Notes under the pieces: model-generated
What the model was told of the DNA's origin: nothing
Databases searched by the model: none
Seen by the model: only the letters and a program-made list of their open reading frames with translations
IMG/VR virus record: IMGVR_UViG_3300031993_000016
Strand: one strand, 5' to 3'
DNA length: 64,000 nt
Source: a virus
Lineage: Duplodnaviria; Caudoviricetes
In this document: positions 10,770 to 20,519 of the stretch, in pieces
Layout of the letters: each line of letters starts with the position of its first letter
Numbering within the stretch: the stretch's first letter is position 1
Translations under genes and position numbers: made by a program

Positions 10770-11027
10770 TTACTCAGATTGAAGATCGAGTAATACTACA
10801 CTGAGGTTTGCAATAGCTTCTTTAGCCTTTGAGTCACCAGTTTCGTTTGCACAAACTGCTAAACAATCAATTGCTTGATGGATATGCTCAATGCAATCAC
10901 TATAGCAAGGTGCAGCTGTCGGAGCTTCTTCGATCACCTCTAATTCAGTTACCGGAGCTTCATCGACGGTTTCAAGTGTCTCATCAATGAACTCATCTGC
11001 TTTAATATTCTTCTTTGATATCTTCAC
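10770..11027 (-). CDS. Small acidic protein with MKISKKNIKA leader
   Basis: GAGGTG RBS; basic leader ending IKA followed by an acidic body. Confidence 0.6.
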   Translation of the reverse strand: MKISKKNIKADEFIDETLETVDEAPVTELEVIEEAPTAAPCYSDCIEHIHQAIDCLAVCANETGDSKAKEAIANLSVVLLDLQSE

Positions 11028-11322
11028 TACTAATCACCTCATTTACTTTATTTAACTTCACATAAGTTGTATCATCGCTGTTAATTAGTTTTTGGAAGTT
11101 TATAACAGCTTTATCTAGATCTTCATCTTCAACTTGTATATCATGAGCATATAGAAGGAATTTATCTAATGCTTGTGATATTTCTGGAAGATCTTGACAA
11201 GTACGATAACACGCAATCTCCAGATCTGCTAAAGCTTCAACTGCAGGAAAATCCCACAGATACTTGCGAACTTCCTTATATAATTTATTATAAGAATTTT
11301 GTATATCTGCGTAACTAATCAT
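11002..11322 (-). CDS. Hypothetical protein
   Basis: 106 aa ORF with GAGG RBS. Confidence 0.6.
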   Translation of the reverse strand: MISYADIQNSYNKLYKEVRKYLWDFPAVEALADLEIACYRTCQDLPEISQALDKFLLYAHDIQVEDEDLDKAVINFQKLINSDDTTYVKLNKVNEVISSEDIKEEY

Positions 11323-11540
11323 ATCTGCAAATTCCTCAATTCATTAGATGTAAGTTTATCTATATCAAGAGATGAAAGAAAATTGTTTCTGAGAAGAAAA
11401 CTCACCTCGTTGTCAATATTAGTATCCTGTATCTGCATAACATATTCAGTAAAGTATTGTTCAAATGTTATAGAAGGTAAATTAATTATTGTCTGCTTCA
11501 TCGTTTCTAGCATCGAACACCTCTGAAATCTTACGAACAA
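11319..11540 (-). CDS. Hypothetical protein (probable start near 11501)
   Basis: Fills operon gap; stop overlaps next start. Confidence 0.45.
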   Translation of the reverse strand: MFVRFQRCSMLETMKQTIINLPSITFEQYFTEYVMQIQDTNIDNEVSFLLRNNFLSSLDIDKLTSNELRNLQI

Positions 11541-11820
11541 GTCGACGTAGATTAAATGGTATATCTTCAGGTGACTTTGTATGTTTCATATTAACATCAT
11601 AGAACCATTGTAATGCGTCTATACTCTCAACAAGTTGATCCAAGGTAGGTATCTGAATAGTTTCTCCACCAGCATATTTACATAACAATATGAGTTTTTC
11701 ATGTCCGATGATAGAGAATAATTCAGGTAACCAACTGAATTCCGCTATGTTATGTAGCGGAGGCATGAGTTCTAGTAAGCAAGCAAAATCTAATTCCTCT
11801 GTAGTAGGAAGTTTACTCAT
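11482..11820 (-). CDS. Mor/C-like transcription regulator candidate
   Basis: IIGHEKLILLCKYAGGETIQIP resembles the Mor-family L-x-x-x-x-GG-x-x-x-x-IP motif. Confidence 0.45.
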   Translation of the reverse strand: MSKLPTTEELDFACLLELMPPLHNIAEFSWLPELFSIIGHEKLILLCKYAGGETIQIPTLDQLVESIDALQWFYDVNMKHTKSPEDIPFNLRRLVRKISEVFDARNDEADNN

Positions 11821-12580
11821 TTATATGACCTTTCAAAGGCTGTGTTTGTTTAAACACAGGTGAAATTGTAAATACAATTGCATTTTCTGTTCTAGCTAAT
11901 CTATTGAAATCTAAATTGCCGTATCCTGCAGCATTAAGGAGTGCAATTGCAGGTTCCATAACATTGTTAAGATTTATGTTATCGTTATAATGAATCCAAA
12001 TCTCAGAATCTTTAATAATAGCTCTACATACACCTTTTGTATCATCTCTAGCATTAAGCGCACCAATAATGGAATCTACGGATAAAGATGTGTTAATTGC
12101 AGGAATTACTACAATTGAATCGGAAGCAGTTACAGGAGTAGCTGATATATCCAATCGTACACTTTCTTCAACATCTTTCGATTCTGATTCAGGTGCTGAT
12201 TCAGGTGCTGATTGAACTTCAAATGTTTTCTTTTCTGGATTAAGCGCTTCATCACGTTCTTTATCGACTTCTGCAGCAGCTTCGCTCAAATGATGATCAG
12301 GTGCCGATTTAGGCGGTGCAGGTTTACTAGAAGTTGTACTAGGACGAATAACTTCTTTTTCAGACTCCTCAGCGTCTTCAGCAAGTGCAGATTCATCTGA
12401 TATAGTATCTTCAACCTCATCAACTTGTTCTTGTAAAGTATCTAAATCATTTTCATTGAGATACTCTTTAAGCTGTGTAACAAGTTCTGTATTGATAGGA
12501 TTAGCTAATGCAGCTTTTATCTTATCTTTATGCTTACTTGCTCTATAAAGTTTAGATGCAAATATTGCATTCATGCTCAT
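11813..12580 (-). CDS. Hypothetical protein with acidic disordered linker
   Basis: 255 aa; tandem SAPESAPES; AAGGAG RBS. Confidence 0.6.
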   Translation of the reverse strand: MSMNAIFASKLYRASKHKDKIKAALANPINTELVTQLKEYLNENDLDTLQEQVDEVEDTISDESALAEDAEESEKEVIRPSTTSSKPAPPKSAPDHHLSEAAAEVDKERDEALNPEKKTFEVQSAPESAPESESKDVEESVRLDISATPVTASDSIVVIPAINTSLSVDSIIGALNARDDTKGVCRAIIKDSEIWIHYNDNINLNNVMEPAIALLNAAGYGNLDFNRLARTENAIVFTISPVFKQTQPLKGHINE

Positions 12581-12603
12581 AATCTATTACTCCTTCTATA
12601 CTA

Positions 12604-13677
12604 CTAATAATCCCAACCAGGTCTAGAAAAATCTTCTTTGTACATTTCAAACTGATTTCTCAGATCCTTCAATGAGTCAGCTTCAAACGTTACTGCATTG
12701 TTGTATCGATCTGTGCGAGGGTCATCCGGTAATGGAACCATGTTAATTTCATATCGTGGCCAATAGTTATATGACTCTTGACTCATCACAGAACCACGAT
12801 CATGTGCATATGTAATAAGTGGACGAGCCCACTCCGGACATTGAATCAACAGCTTTTTATCTCCATAGAATCCAGAACGTGCTTCTGCAGCTTCAGCTTT
12901 TGCCGATTTAGTTATATCATCCTTAATATTATATAACCAATCATAAGCTTTCTGTTTACACTTCTTTGTAAGTGATTGAGTATTCTCCTCTTCAGAAAGC
13001 CTTGGATTCATTTTCAGGATTATAAAGTTACCATAAGTTCGATTACTCCAATATTTACTACTTCTAGGAACATCACCAAGTTTGCAGGTCATATATATTT
13101 TATAAGTGTGAATATTACCGCCGTATCTAGCTATAGATTCACATTCAACATCCATACAGTCAAGCTGCTTAGGTTTAAGTATATTCATAACATATGTATA
13201 TACACTGTTTGCAACATCAGCAGCAACTGCTTTCCAATCAGCTTCGTAAACTTCAGATCGTCCTGTAGATACAGTTGCATAATTCTTGACATAATATTCA
13301 AGCGAATTCCAGCTATCATATATGTCGCCATTTACAACAGCAATCATATGAGTTGTGTCTCTGTTATTAGGATTCTTACCTGCTAGTAACAAGTATACAC
13401 CATTTGGATGAGTCTCTCCAAATTCCTCTACCGTTACATAATTATTAGGATGAACTGAATTGAAGGCATCACCACGTAGTTTCATAAATAAATTAAATAC
13501 ACGCGGTTCGTTAAACTCGTCACAACCTAAGTTTCGTTTGATTCGATTCAATTCTGTGCTTACTGCATCGTAGTCCATACTGTATGCAACAGATAAACTT
13601 CGCTTTACACAATCACCTACATGATTATTACGAGAATTTGCATTATATCTAATTAAAGCCGCTTTTATATCATCCAT
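12604..13677 (-). CDS. Protein with N-terminal papain/C39-like Cys-His-Asp domain
   Basis: GDCVKRSL...HMIAVVNGDIYDSW motif order. Confidence 0.5.
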   Translation of the reverse strand: MDDIKAALIRYNANSRNNHVGDCVKRSLSVAYSMDYDAVSTELNRIKRNLGCDEFNEPRVFNLFMKLRGDAFNSVHPNNYVTVEEFGETHPNGVYLLLAGKNPNNRDTTHMIAVVNGDIYDSWNSLEYYVKNYATVSTGRSEVYEADWKAVAADVANSVYTYVMNILKPKQLDCMDVECESIARYGGNIHTYKIYMTCKLGDVPRSSKYWSNRTYGNFIILKMNPRLSEEENTQSLTKKCKQKAYDWLYNIKDDITKSAKAEAAEARSGFYGDKKLLIQCPEWARPLITYAHDRGSVMSQESYNYWPRYEINMVPLPDDPRTDRYNNAVTFEADSLKDLRNQFEMYKEDFSRPGWDY

Positions 13678-14122
13678 CGCAATTACACTCCCGATTATAC
13701 TTATCCATGTAGTTGTAAGGTTGTTCCGGTTTGTTGTTTTGAATCACATATGAAATATATAATGTGCATGTATCATCTGCGTGACGACTCATGAAAAGAA
13801 GTCGATACATATGATAACCAGTATCTAGATTGAGCTTATCTGTGCGAAATTTATACCATTTACGGAATGGGTCGTGCTCCCATAAATCTTCATCACTGAT
13901 AGCTACTACTTCATCACTGACCTCACTTACTTGACAGAGTTCAAATCTCTTAGCAACGTCTACAGGTACTTCTACAAATAGAAAATATTCTACTTCAGAA
14001 ATACTAAATACTCTGCTAAAAGAACTTGCATGCTTATAAGGTACGGCATCAAGTTTAAATACTGGGGCAGGAAATTTTCTAAAATCCTCCAATAGTCCAA
14101 GAGAAATCGGGATCAGCTGCAC
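13670..14122 (-). CDS. Hypothetical protein
   Basis: 150 aa ORF in packed operon. Confidence 0.55.
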   Translation of the reverse strand: MQLIPISLGLLEDFRKFPAPVFKLDAVPYKHASSFSRVFSISEVEYFLFVEVPVDVAKRFELCQVSEVSDEVVAISDEDLWEHDPFRKWYKFRTDKLNLDTGYHMYRLLFMSRHADDTCTLYISYVIQNNKPEQPYNYMDKYNRECNCDG

Positions 14123-14348
14123 GAGTGTTACGCGTTACTGTGTAACCCTGACCCTTAAGGACAACTTGTATAGCATCGCTTAGAGATTTACTCCAAGTAA
14201 TTGAGTGCTGACCTGTATTTGCAGCACTGTTGATCGCAGCCGCTACGGCTTGTTCTTCTAATATCTTAACAGCTTCGTCTGCTACAGCTTTAACATCAGT
14301 AGCAGGCTTAAGGTCTGTTAATTCATCAATAGGAATTAATGTTGCCAC
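14079..14348 (-). CDS. Hypothetical protein
   Basis: AGGAGG RBS, GTG start; late-type motif at 14431. Confidence 0.6.
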   Translation of the reverse strand: MATLIPIDELTDLKPATDVKAVADEAVKILEEQAVAAAINSAANTGQHSITWSKSLSDAIQVVLKGQGYTVTRNTRAADPDFSWTIGGF

Positions 14349-14479
14349 AGATATGACCTCCTATTCAGTATTTTTTGTGTATTCATCCAAGAAACTGAAG
14401 TTTCTTGGTTTTCTACCTGCCTTCCATATAAATAAAAGGTTGACCTCAATGATCAACCTTTCATAGTAAATTTGTGTAA

Positions 14480-14962
14480 TTAATTGACGCTACGAAGCTT
14501 ATTTGTAGTGTTGTGGTAGTTCTGTTTACGCTTCTCTTGTGTCTGTAAAATTTCTAAACTTGCTTTAGAATGTCCATTGCCTGTAAGTATCGCGTTCTGG
14601 ATTTCGCCTAAAGTAAATTGGTTTGATTTTTCTTGAGCAAGTATCTCACGAAGCGATTTGTCGATAGATGCAAGTAATGTCAAAATATTCTCATAATTGA
14701 GATTGTCTACCTGCTTAATGATTGCAGCTTTTTCAGCTTCTTCGGTTATGACATAATCTATTTTATCTAAGTCGTAAAATGTGCATAGCTTATCTAGTAC
14801 GTTTTCTTCCATGCTATTCTTACATATACATTGTGCATAGTATGATTTAGCACGACCCATGATGATTGTACTTATATTACTTTGATTATATCTATTGCCT
14901 TCAGCTTTCCTGATGTCTGTATCTAAAGCTTCGCCATTGATCTTAATATTTGGTTTTCTCAT
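14480..14962 (-). CDS. Hypothetical protein, possible XRE-like HTH N-terminus
   Basis: GGAGG RBS; ISTIIMGRAKSYY...LDKLCTFYDL pattern. Confidence 0.45.
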   Translation of the reverse strand: MRKPNIKINGEALDTDIRKAEGNRYNQSNISTIIMGRAKSYYAQCICKNSMEENVLDKLCTFYDLDKIDYVITEEAEKAAIIKQVDNLNYENILTLLASIDKSLREILAQEKSNQFTLGEIQNAILTGNGHSKASLEILQTQEKRKQNYHNTTNKLRSVN

Positions 14963-15004
14963 ATTATATCCTCCGCACCGAACATTACTAAATTGTTTGT
15001 GGTG

Positions 15005-15223
15005 TTATGCATTTGGTGTTAATTGTCTGAACCACTTTTCTGTCTTGCATACAACACCTGTGTCATCCATCAATACACATACAGCAATTTTGCACTTATC
15101 ATTAGCTACTGCGCTGGCCATAGTGGAATACATTGCAGAAGTAGCTTCTTCAGTTGTATGATATGCAAGTAACTGACGTGCTACAGTGTCATCTACAAGT
15201 GTCATGAGTGATATTAGATTCAT
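15005..15223 (-). CDS. Hypothetical protein
   Basis: AGGAGG RBS; late-type motif at 15261. Confidence 0.55.
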   Translation of the reverse strand: MNLISLMTLVDDTVARQLLAYHTTEEATSAMYSTMASAVANDKCKIAVCVLMDDTGVVCKTEKWFRQLTPNA

Positions 15224-15272
15224 ATTATGTGCCCTCCTAAATATATTTAGATTCTGTAAATATATAAGGTGT

Positions 15273-16184
15273 TCAATCCTCTATTACATATACTTCAGCA
15301 GTCTGCCTACCAAATTGGTAGCAAGCCTCGACATCACCCATGTAGATATCTATGACGTTATTGCTCATTCCTCCTGTGTCTGTTACAACTCTTTCACCTA
15401 AGCCTTCAATGTAAAGCCTAGTACCAATAGGATAGTAGTTACTAGCACATGTATAGCCTACTACAGGATATTCGCCATTAGCACATGTATTACCTGTCCA
15501 TTCATAAGCGGTAAGTTCAAATACACCGCCAGCTAATGTTTGTGCATAATCACCAATAGCACTAAATGTATTAGAACTTCCACCATAATTACGGGCATAC
15601 ATCATCGCTGCTTCAATCTGCTGACGACGCAATTCAAGACCTCTTTCAAGATCTTCACGAAGCTGATCCATTTCTTTGCGTAAACGTGTAATAGCTCCGT
15701 TACTGTTATGCTGAATCTGTTGCAAGTTAGAAATTTGATCTTGCTGCTGTGCAAAACCATCTTCCATATCATCGCGTACAATTTCAATAGAATTAGACAA
15801 GCTATCTAATTGACGCTGTTGATCTGTTGCAATATCTTTTGTTGTTTGATCCAAAGTTACTACAGATGCATCTAATGCAGTTAATTTGTGAAATAAACTG
15901 ATTACTACTGCACTTAAACCAATTATTGCAACAAACATGATTGCAGCTACTGCCGATATAAGGCGCAGCAATCTTTCAGATTTGAGTTTTGCATCAGCTA
16001 CATCGTGAACACGAGCTGCTGTTTCGGTAGCTAACTTACCACTTTCTGCAGCTAATGCAGTTTCACGAGCTGCTATTTCGATAGCTAACTCATCCTTAGA
16101 TGCTACTGGAATAGGCTCAGCGATATGATCAACTGGTGTGAGCGTAACAGTAGAATCAGTTACTAAATTATCTGGTTCTGTCAT
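15273..16184 (-). CDS. Membrane-anchored coiled-coil protein with C-terminal 3D (lytic transglycosylase-like) domain
   Basis: Transmembrane segment LISAVAAIMFVAIIGLSAVVISLF, coiled coil, FELTAY...YPIGTRLYIEGLG..VVTDTGG...IDIYM. Confidence 0.8.
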   Translation of the reverse strand: MTEPDNLVTDSTVTLTPVDHIAEPIPVASKDELAIEIAARETALAAESGKLATETAARVHDVADAKLKSERLLRLISAVAAIMFVAIIGLSAVVISLFHKLTALDASVVTLDQTTKDIATDQQRQLDSLSNSIEIVRDDMEDGFAQQQDQISNLQQIQHNSNGAITRLRKEMDQLREDLERGLELRRQQIEAAMMYARNYGGSSNTFSAIGDYAQTLAGGVFELTAYEWTGNTCANGEYPVVGYTCASNYYPIGTRLYIEGLGERVVTDTGGMSNNVIDIYMGDVEACYQFGRQTAEVYVIED

Positions 16185-16245
16185 CTAATTACCTCCATTT
16201 TCTTTCATCATTAGGTTACAAAACATTTAACGAATTTAGTACTAC

Positions 16246-16755
16246 TTAGATGTCTGTGGTTTGATACGTTGTTATGAAAGGTAGATCTATTAATTCTGGG
16301 TGATTAACTTGTGTCCAAGCTGCACCTAACATGTTCCAAACAAATGCACGATCATGAGGTTCATCGTTGTCGCCACGGAAAAACTTTAATAAATGTCGTA
16401 TACCACTATCCATATAACAATGGAGCGGAATACCTTTCTCCCAGTTCCTCTCGCCATACTTATTACAACCTTGTTCATAGTGCTTTGCAACTTCAAGCAC
16501 TGTGCTGATTGCATCTTGCTCTAAATAATTTGAAAATCTATCTATAGCGTTATAAAGCTGTTTGCATGACCCTGTTTGCATATATAAATAAATGAGCTGT
16601 AGTATGTCAGCACATACAGGTTCTTTAAAACTCAAAAGTTCTGCAATCTCAAATAAAGGTAGAAGATCACATCTACCTTTACCATCTACAATATCACGAA
16701 CTGCTCCGCTATCAAATTGCCTACGTTCTCCAGAATCTAGTATCTCTTTACCCAC
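16246..16755 (-). CDS. dATP/dGTP diphosphohydrolase (DUF5664-like)
   Basis: DSGERRQFDSGAVRD..GKGRCDLLP, KYGERNWEKGIP, DSGIRH, DEPH..AFVWN. Confidence 0.85.
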   Translation of the reverse strand: MGKEILDSGERRQFDSGAVRDIVDGKGRCDLLPLFEIAELLSFKEPVCADILQLIYLYMQTGSCKQLYNAIDRFSNYLEQDAISTVLEVAKHYEQGCNKYGERNWEKGIPLHCYMDSGIRHLLKFFRGDNDEPHDRAFVWNMLGAAWTQVNHPELIDLPFITTYQTTDI

Positions 16756-16771
16756 ATCTACTTCCTCCTCA

Positions 16772-17014
16772 TTAAAATAATCTCTTAGGTTTCTTCGGTG
16801 TAGCTGCTGAATCGGTTACAACACTATTAGTAGTTGTAGAAAACAGCTTCTCAAGTAACTCTGCAACTGTATATTGTTTTCCGTGAATACTTACAGTTGC
16901 AGGCGTATTTGGTTTTGTCTCTATTTTCAAAAAAGACCCATTTTGAATGTTTCTAACACGACCTAAATTAGATACTTCATAATTAGGCCCAAATCGTTTC
17001 CAAATCTCTTCCAT
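16772..17014 (-). CDS. Short NUMOD4-domain protein (endonuclease remnant)
   Basis: EEIWK...YEVSNLGRVR; no HNH; ends KKPKRLF. Confidence 0.65.
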   Translation of the reverse strand: MEEIWKRFGPNYEVSNLGRVRNIQNGSFLKIETKPNTPATVSIHGKQYTVAELLEKLFSTTTNSVVTDSAATPKKPKRLF

Positions 17015-17031
17015 ATGTTTATCACCTGATC

Positions 17032-18021
17032 TTAGAATAACTTCTTAGGTTTCTTAAGCTTAGTTGCATCAAACGCATAAGTAGTTTTAATAAGTTTCTG
17101 AATACTTCTAATAGTAAATGCTACTCGTGCTGAAGATGACTCTCTAAGCTGTTCCAATGTAAAACCGGAAGATGTTATTTCATCCATTAATAATTTTCTG
17201 TTGTAATCATCACAAGTGTCTATGAAACTCATATTTGATTTTGTGTTTGAAGTTCTTGCTTTCTGTGTTAGTGAAATAACTCCGAAATTGATAGACAGTA
17301 TTTTGTTGTATGCACTTATATGTCTATGTGATATAGAATCTGCACTATAGCAAGCCAGTTTACTTAGACCTTCTAACGATGTATATCCATATAAATGTGT
17401 TTTAACATTAGGGTTAGATGATGATTCAATGACACCATTGCATTCATTTATGTAGATATTGCGGACCGTCGTTACGCAGTCGTTCGCTGGCGATAAGCCG
17501 ACATACTCCAAATGCTTACCATTTTCGTCCTTCCATTCAAGCATATTTCTAAGAGCATCAAATGACTCGTTGTGATGGAATACAGGCATGATCTTATTTG
17601 GTGACTTTACTTTGGTACGCATATATAGATAATTATCCCAGCTCTTCTTCACAGACTCAATATAATCCTCAGGAGTTTTAGGCTTTTGGAACTGTCCTGG
17701 AATAGTATCAAGCTGTGCGAATACATCTACGTATTCATCAATACTATTGATGTAATTTATATAATTATCTTCCCAATCACGAAATGTTGGATTTTTTATC
17801 GATTTATCAGGAAATTTAGCATTACCAGTATGCACACTAAATGCTCCCGAATCTACAAATAAAGTTCTGATGAATCCTTCTTTCTTCCACTCAATTGCTT
17901 TTGTAATTGCACTTCTGTCAAGCTGTGTTATAAGTATGTCTAACGGCTCAAAATCTGGCGCTGACAATAGCATATCATGCATCGATTCTGTTAATGAGCC
18001 AGAGAAGTAATATGTGTCCAT
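17032..18021 (-). CDS. dpdA: DpdA-like deoxyguanosine:7-deazaguanine transglycosylase (TGT fold)
   Basis: FVDSGAFS, QLDTIPG, PVFH, HLYG, SADS motifs of TGT/DpdA; full que pathway in the same window. Confidence 0.8.
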   Translation of the reverse strand: MDTYYFSGSLTESMHDMLLSAPDFEPLDILITQLDRSAITKAIEWKKEGFIRTLFVDSGAFSVHTGNAKFPDKSIKNPTFRDWEDNYINYINSIDEYVDVFAQLDTIPGQFQKPKTPEDYIESVKKSWDNYLYMRTKVKSPNKIMPVFHHNESFDALRNMLEWKDENGKHLEYVGLSPANDCVTTVRNIYINECNGVIESSSNPNVKTHLYGYTSLEGLSKLACYSADSISHRHISAYNKILSINFGVISLTQKARTSNTKSNMSFIDTCDDYNRKLLMDEITSSGFTLEQLRESSSARVAFTIRSIQKLIKTTYAFDATKLKKPKKLF

Positions 18022-18983
18022 CCAGGTACCTCCTTAATTTTAGCTCTAGGCCATGTAAAATATTTATCTTTTGTTTCCTTTATGTAACTGTTTATATCAA
18101 TTAACGAATTTATTTGATCTGTATATATGAATGTCCACCCAAAACAGCAGCTACATCTTTCAATAGATGATGTGATTGCTGCAGGATCACAATTAAGTTC
18201 ATTTGCAACTTGTCCAATAGAATCAAATATATGTCCAGTATCTAAACAAGTTATCTGTCGACCTTGAGTGCGTCGGATTGCAGCTATTGCATTAGCTCGA
18301 CCTGAACGTGCTATTTGATCATGTACGTTATATTTAGCAGTACACCACTCTAAATTTTCCACATGATTATTATTTCGTACACCATCAATATGATTAACTT
18401 GAGGTAAATTATTTGGGTTAGGGATGAAAGCTTGAGCTACAAGACGATGAACGGTATAATATGCATAGTGTTCATTATGCACCAAATTTACTTGTGCATA
18501 TCCATCCGAGCTTAATGTCAACTTCATCAATCTATCAGGATATCTGCGGATACATGTTGTATGAGTATCCTTACGTGTGTAAGTTTCAACATGTGCTAAT
18601 CGCTTAACTCGCCCCTTATCAGATACTTGATATATGCCTTCAAATCCTTTGATATCTTTCCAATGCTCATCTACTAAGCTGTCAGCTGTATCTATTTCAA
18701 GATTATCTAATCGAATGTTACTATAATCACCATCTTTGTGACGTATCTTAGGTTTTATATTGGACGTGATATCTACACCTAAAAATGCACACGCCATGAG
18801 ATATTTAACAGAAAATACTACGTTGGAATTCTTCATAGCTATGCATACAGAACTTTGTCCAGAAGTTGGATTTGTAATTTTCAATATATGATTCCGTTTG
18901 ATGTGACGTACTCGGCCTAGATTACTAACTTCGTACCGGTCTTCCATAGTAGGTATTGGTTTCCAAACTTCATCCATGTACAT
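17991..18983 (-). CDS. Tandem NUMOD4-HNH homing endonuclease
   Basis: Two NUMOD4 modules; VHRLVAQAFIPNPNNLPQVNHIDG..NN..ENLEWC. Confidence 0.88.
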   Translation of the reverse strand: MYMDEVWKPIPTMEDRYEVSNLGRVRHIKRNHILKITNPTSGQSSVCIAMKNSNVVFSVKYLMACAFLGVDITSNIKPKIRHKDGDYSNIRLDNLEIDTADSLVDEHWKDIKGFEGIYQVSDKGRVKRLAHVETYTRKDTHTTCIRRYPDRLMKLTLSSDGYAQVNLVHNEHYAYYTVHRLVAQAFIPNPNNLPQVNHIDGVRNNNHVENLEWCTAKYNVHDQIARSGRANAIAAIRRTQGRQITCLDTGHIFDSIGQVANELNCDPAAITSSIERCSCCFGWTFIYTDQINSLIDINSYIKETKDKYFTWPRAKIKEVPGWTHITSLAH

Positions 18984-19018
18984 CGCACCCCCTCATTGAT
19001 TCCTAGATTCGTTTTCAT

Positions 19019-19450
19019 CTAGAATTCATGATTGCTTAGATAAACATAAATATCTGCATACGCAACACGACCTGAAGTTGCTAATTCATTTGCAAGCCAT
19101 TCGAAATAATCATGTATATCAGATTTTAATGCACCTTTATCAAATATTTCTGAATCGAATCTATCATTATAATCTACATCTATTATATGAATGTAACGAT
19201 CTAGTCGACTTTCATGTACATCATATGTGTGCTGTAGTATGAATCGAACAGAAGGTAGCTTATGAGAGCCTTTAAATGTATCGGTGCGATGTAGTTTCTC
19301 TGCAACCTCTTTACGCCAATGATTAACTTCTGAGGCAGCTGGGTACATCCGTAATTTGATAAGATGTAGTATCAATTCATCGCAACCTTGTTCTAAATCT
19401 GCTGCTACATCAACTCTAGATTTTGACATAGCAAAAATATATCGTTCCAT
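19019..19450 (-). CDS. Hypothetical protein, DUF29-like; MERYIFA leader
   Basis: LILHLIKL...HWRKEV motif. Confidence 0.45.
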   Translation of the reverse strand: MERYIFAMSKSRVDVAADLEQGCDELILHLIKLRMYPAASEVNHWRKEVAEKLHRTDTFKGSHKLPSVRFILQHTYDVHESRLDRYIHIIDVDYNDRFDSEIFDKGALKSDIHDYFEWLANELATSGRVAYADIYVYLSNHEF

Positions 19451-19465
19451 AATTACCTCTCATGA

Positions 19466-19936
19466 CTAATTCCATAATGTACCGATATCTAATGCTCGAT
19501 ATAAGTAATCTCCGTCTTTATCTGTAACGAAACTACCACCAGTATCGCATACAATACCTTTGCCTAAGGATGTATCTACAATTGATCCAAAAGGATATAT
19601 GTCAATGTTTGCTGCTACAATGACATATTCACCAAGCATCTGCACCCCGTCTTCACGAACATAATATGGATATTCAGTTTCAGAAAAACCTCTATATCGC
19701 ATATCACGTACCATACATGGATTACAGTAGTAATAAGATTCTAATCCTGAAGGTCCTTCATACATACCAGTAATTGATGCAGACATAGGGCGTAGCCTAT
19801 CAGTTGACATATGCTGTATGTAGTATGTTGTTCGCAATTCACGATGCATTTGTATGAACTCATGCTCAATACATGAACCTGTAGCATTGATGCTGATAAT
19901 CAGCAAAATTATTAGTACATTACACATCTGCATCAC
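19466..19936 (-). CDS. Secreted 3D-domain-like protein
   Basis: Hydrophobic N-terminus; IVAAN..YPFGSIVDTSLGKGIVCDTGG...LDI. Confidence 0.6.
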   Translation of the reverse strand: MMQMCNVLIILLIISINATGSCIEHEFIQMHRELRTTYYIQHMSTDRLRPMSASITGMYEGPSGLESYYYCNPCMVRDMRYRGFSETEYPYYVREDGVQMLGEYVIVAANIDIYPFGSIVDTSLGKGIVCDTGGSFVTDKDGDYLYRALDIGTLWN

Positions 19937-20498
19937 CTCGTTTTGCTATTTTGAATTGCTTCTTATTCTTATCTTCAAGCCGAAATCCTCGTAGATCAAA
20001 GTAGAAATCTTCAAATGTGTTATTTTTAATTGCAGTTTCAGCTAACTCACGACATCTGATAGCATCTTCTAAGAATTCAAAATAACCAAGTGTAGCTCGA
20101 TAATTTTGATATCCAATATAACAATGCCATCTATTAGCACTATTACTCCAACTTACACCTTGATGCCCTGATGTATTAGTAGCAATAGTACCAGGTCGTA
20201 GTGTCATCTGTATGTTGCAGCCATTTACAAATGCATCTTTCCTATGCTTACCTGCATCACGACACCTTTCAGAATCGCCGCTAGTTAAAAATTGTGTATG
20301 ATAACAACCACAACTAGATATTCTACCTGCTCTACGCGATGCTTTTAAAGATATTTCATTATGTATACATGTATTGCCACAATCACAAATACACTTATAT
20401 GCTCGCTTAGTATAAGGTTTTGCAACTACAAGTTCTATGACCTGTAATCTACCAAATCGTTCACCTACTAGATTCATCATAGCACCTCCTTCATACAT
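19920..20498 (-). CDS. AP2-domain homing-endonuclease-like protein
   Basis: GERFGRL..CICDCG..SCGC and NTSGHQGVSW...W..YIG...LGYF..EDA..R..AE. Confidence 0.8.
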   Translation of the reverse strand: MYEGGAMMNLVGERFGRLQVIELVVAKPYTKRAYKCICDCGNTCIHNEISLKASRRAGRISSCGCYHTQFLTSGDSERCRDAGKHRKDAFVNGCNIQMTLRPGTIATNTSGHQGVSWSNSANRWHCYIGYQNYRATLGYFEFLEDAIRCRELAETAIKNNTFEDFYFDLRGFRLEDKNKKQFKIAKRGDADV

Positions 20499-20519
20499 GC
20501 TATAACGATTTTAGCAAGT

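Noticed and set aside
16246-16755. 2-aminoadenine (Z) genome suggested by DUF5664
   Set aside because: No purZ or datZ in the window; the context points to 7-deazaguanine instead.
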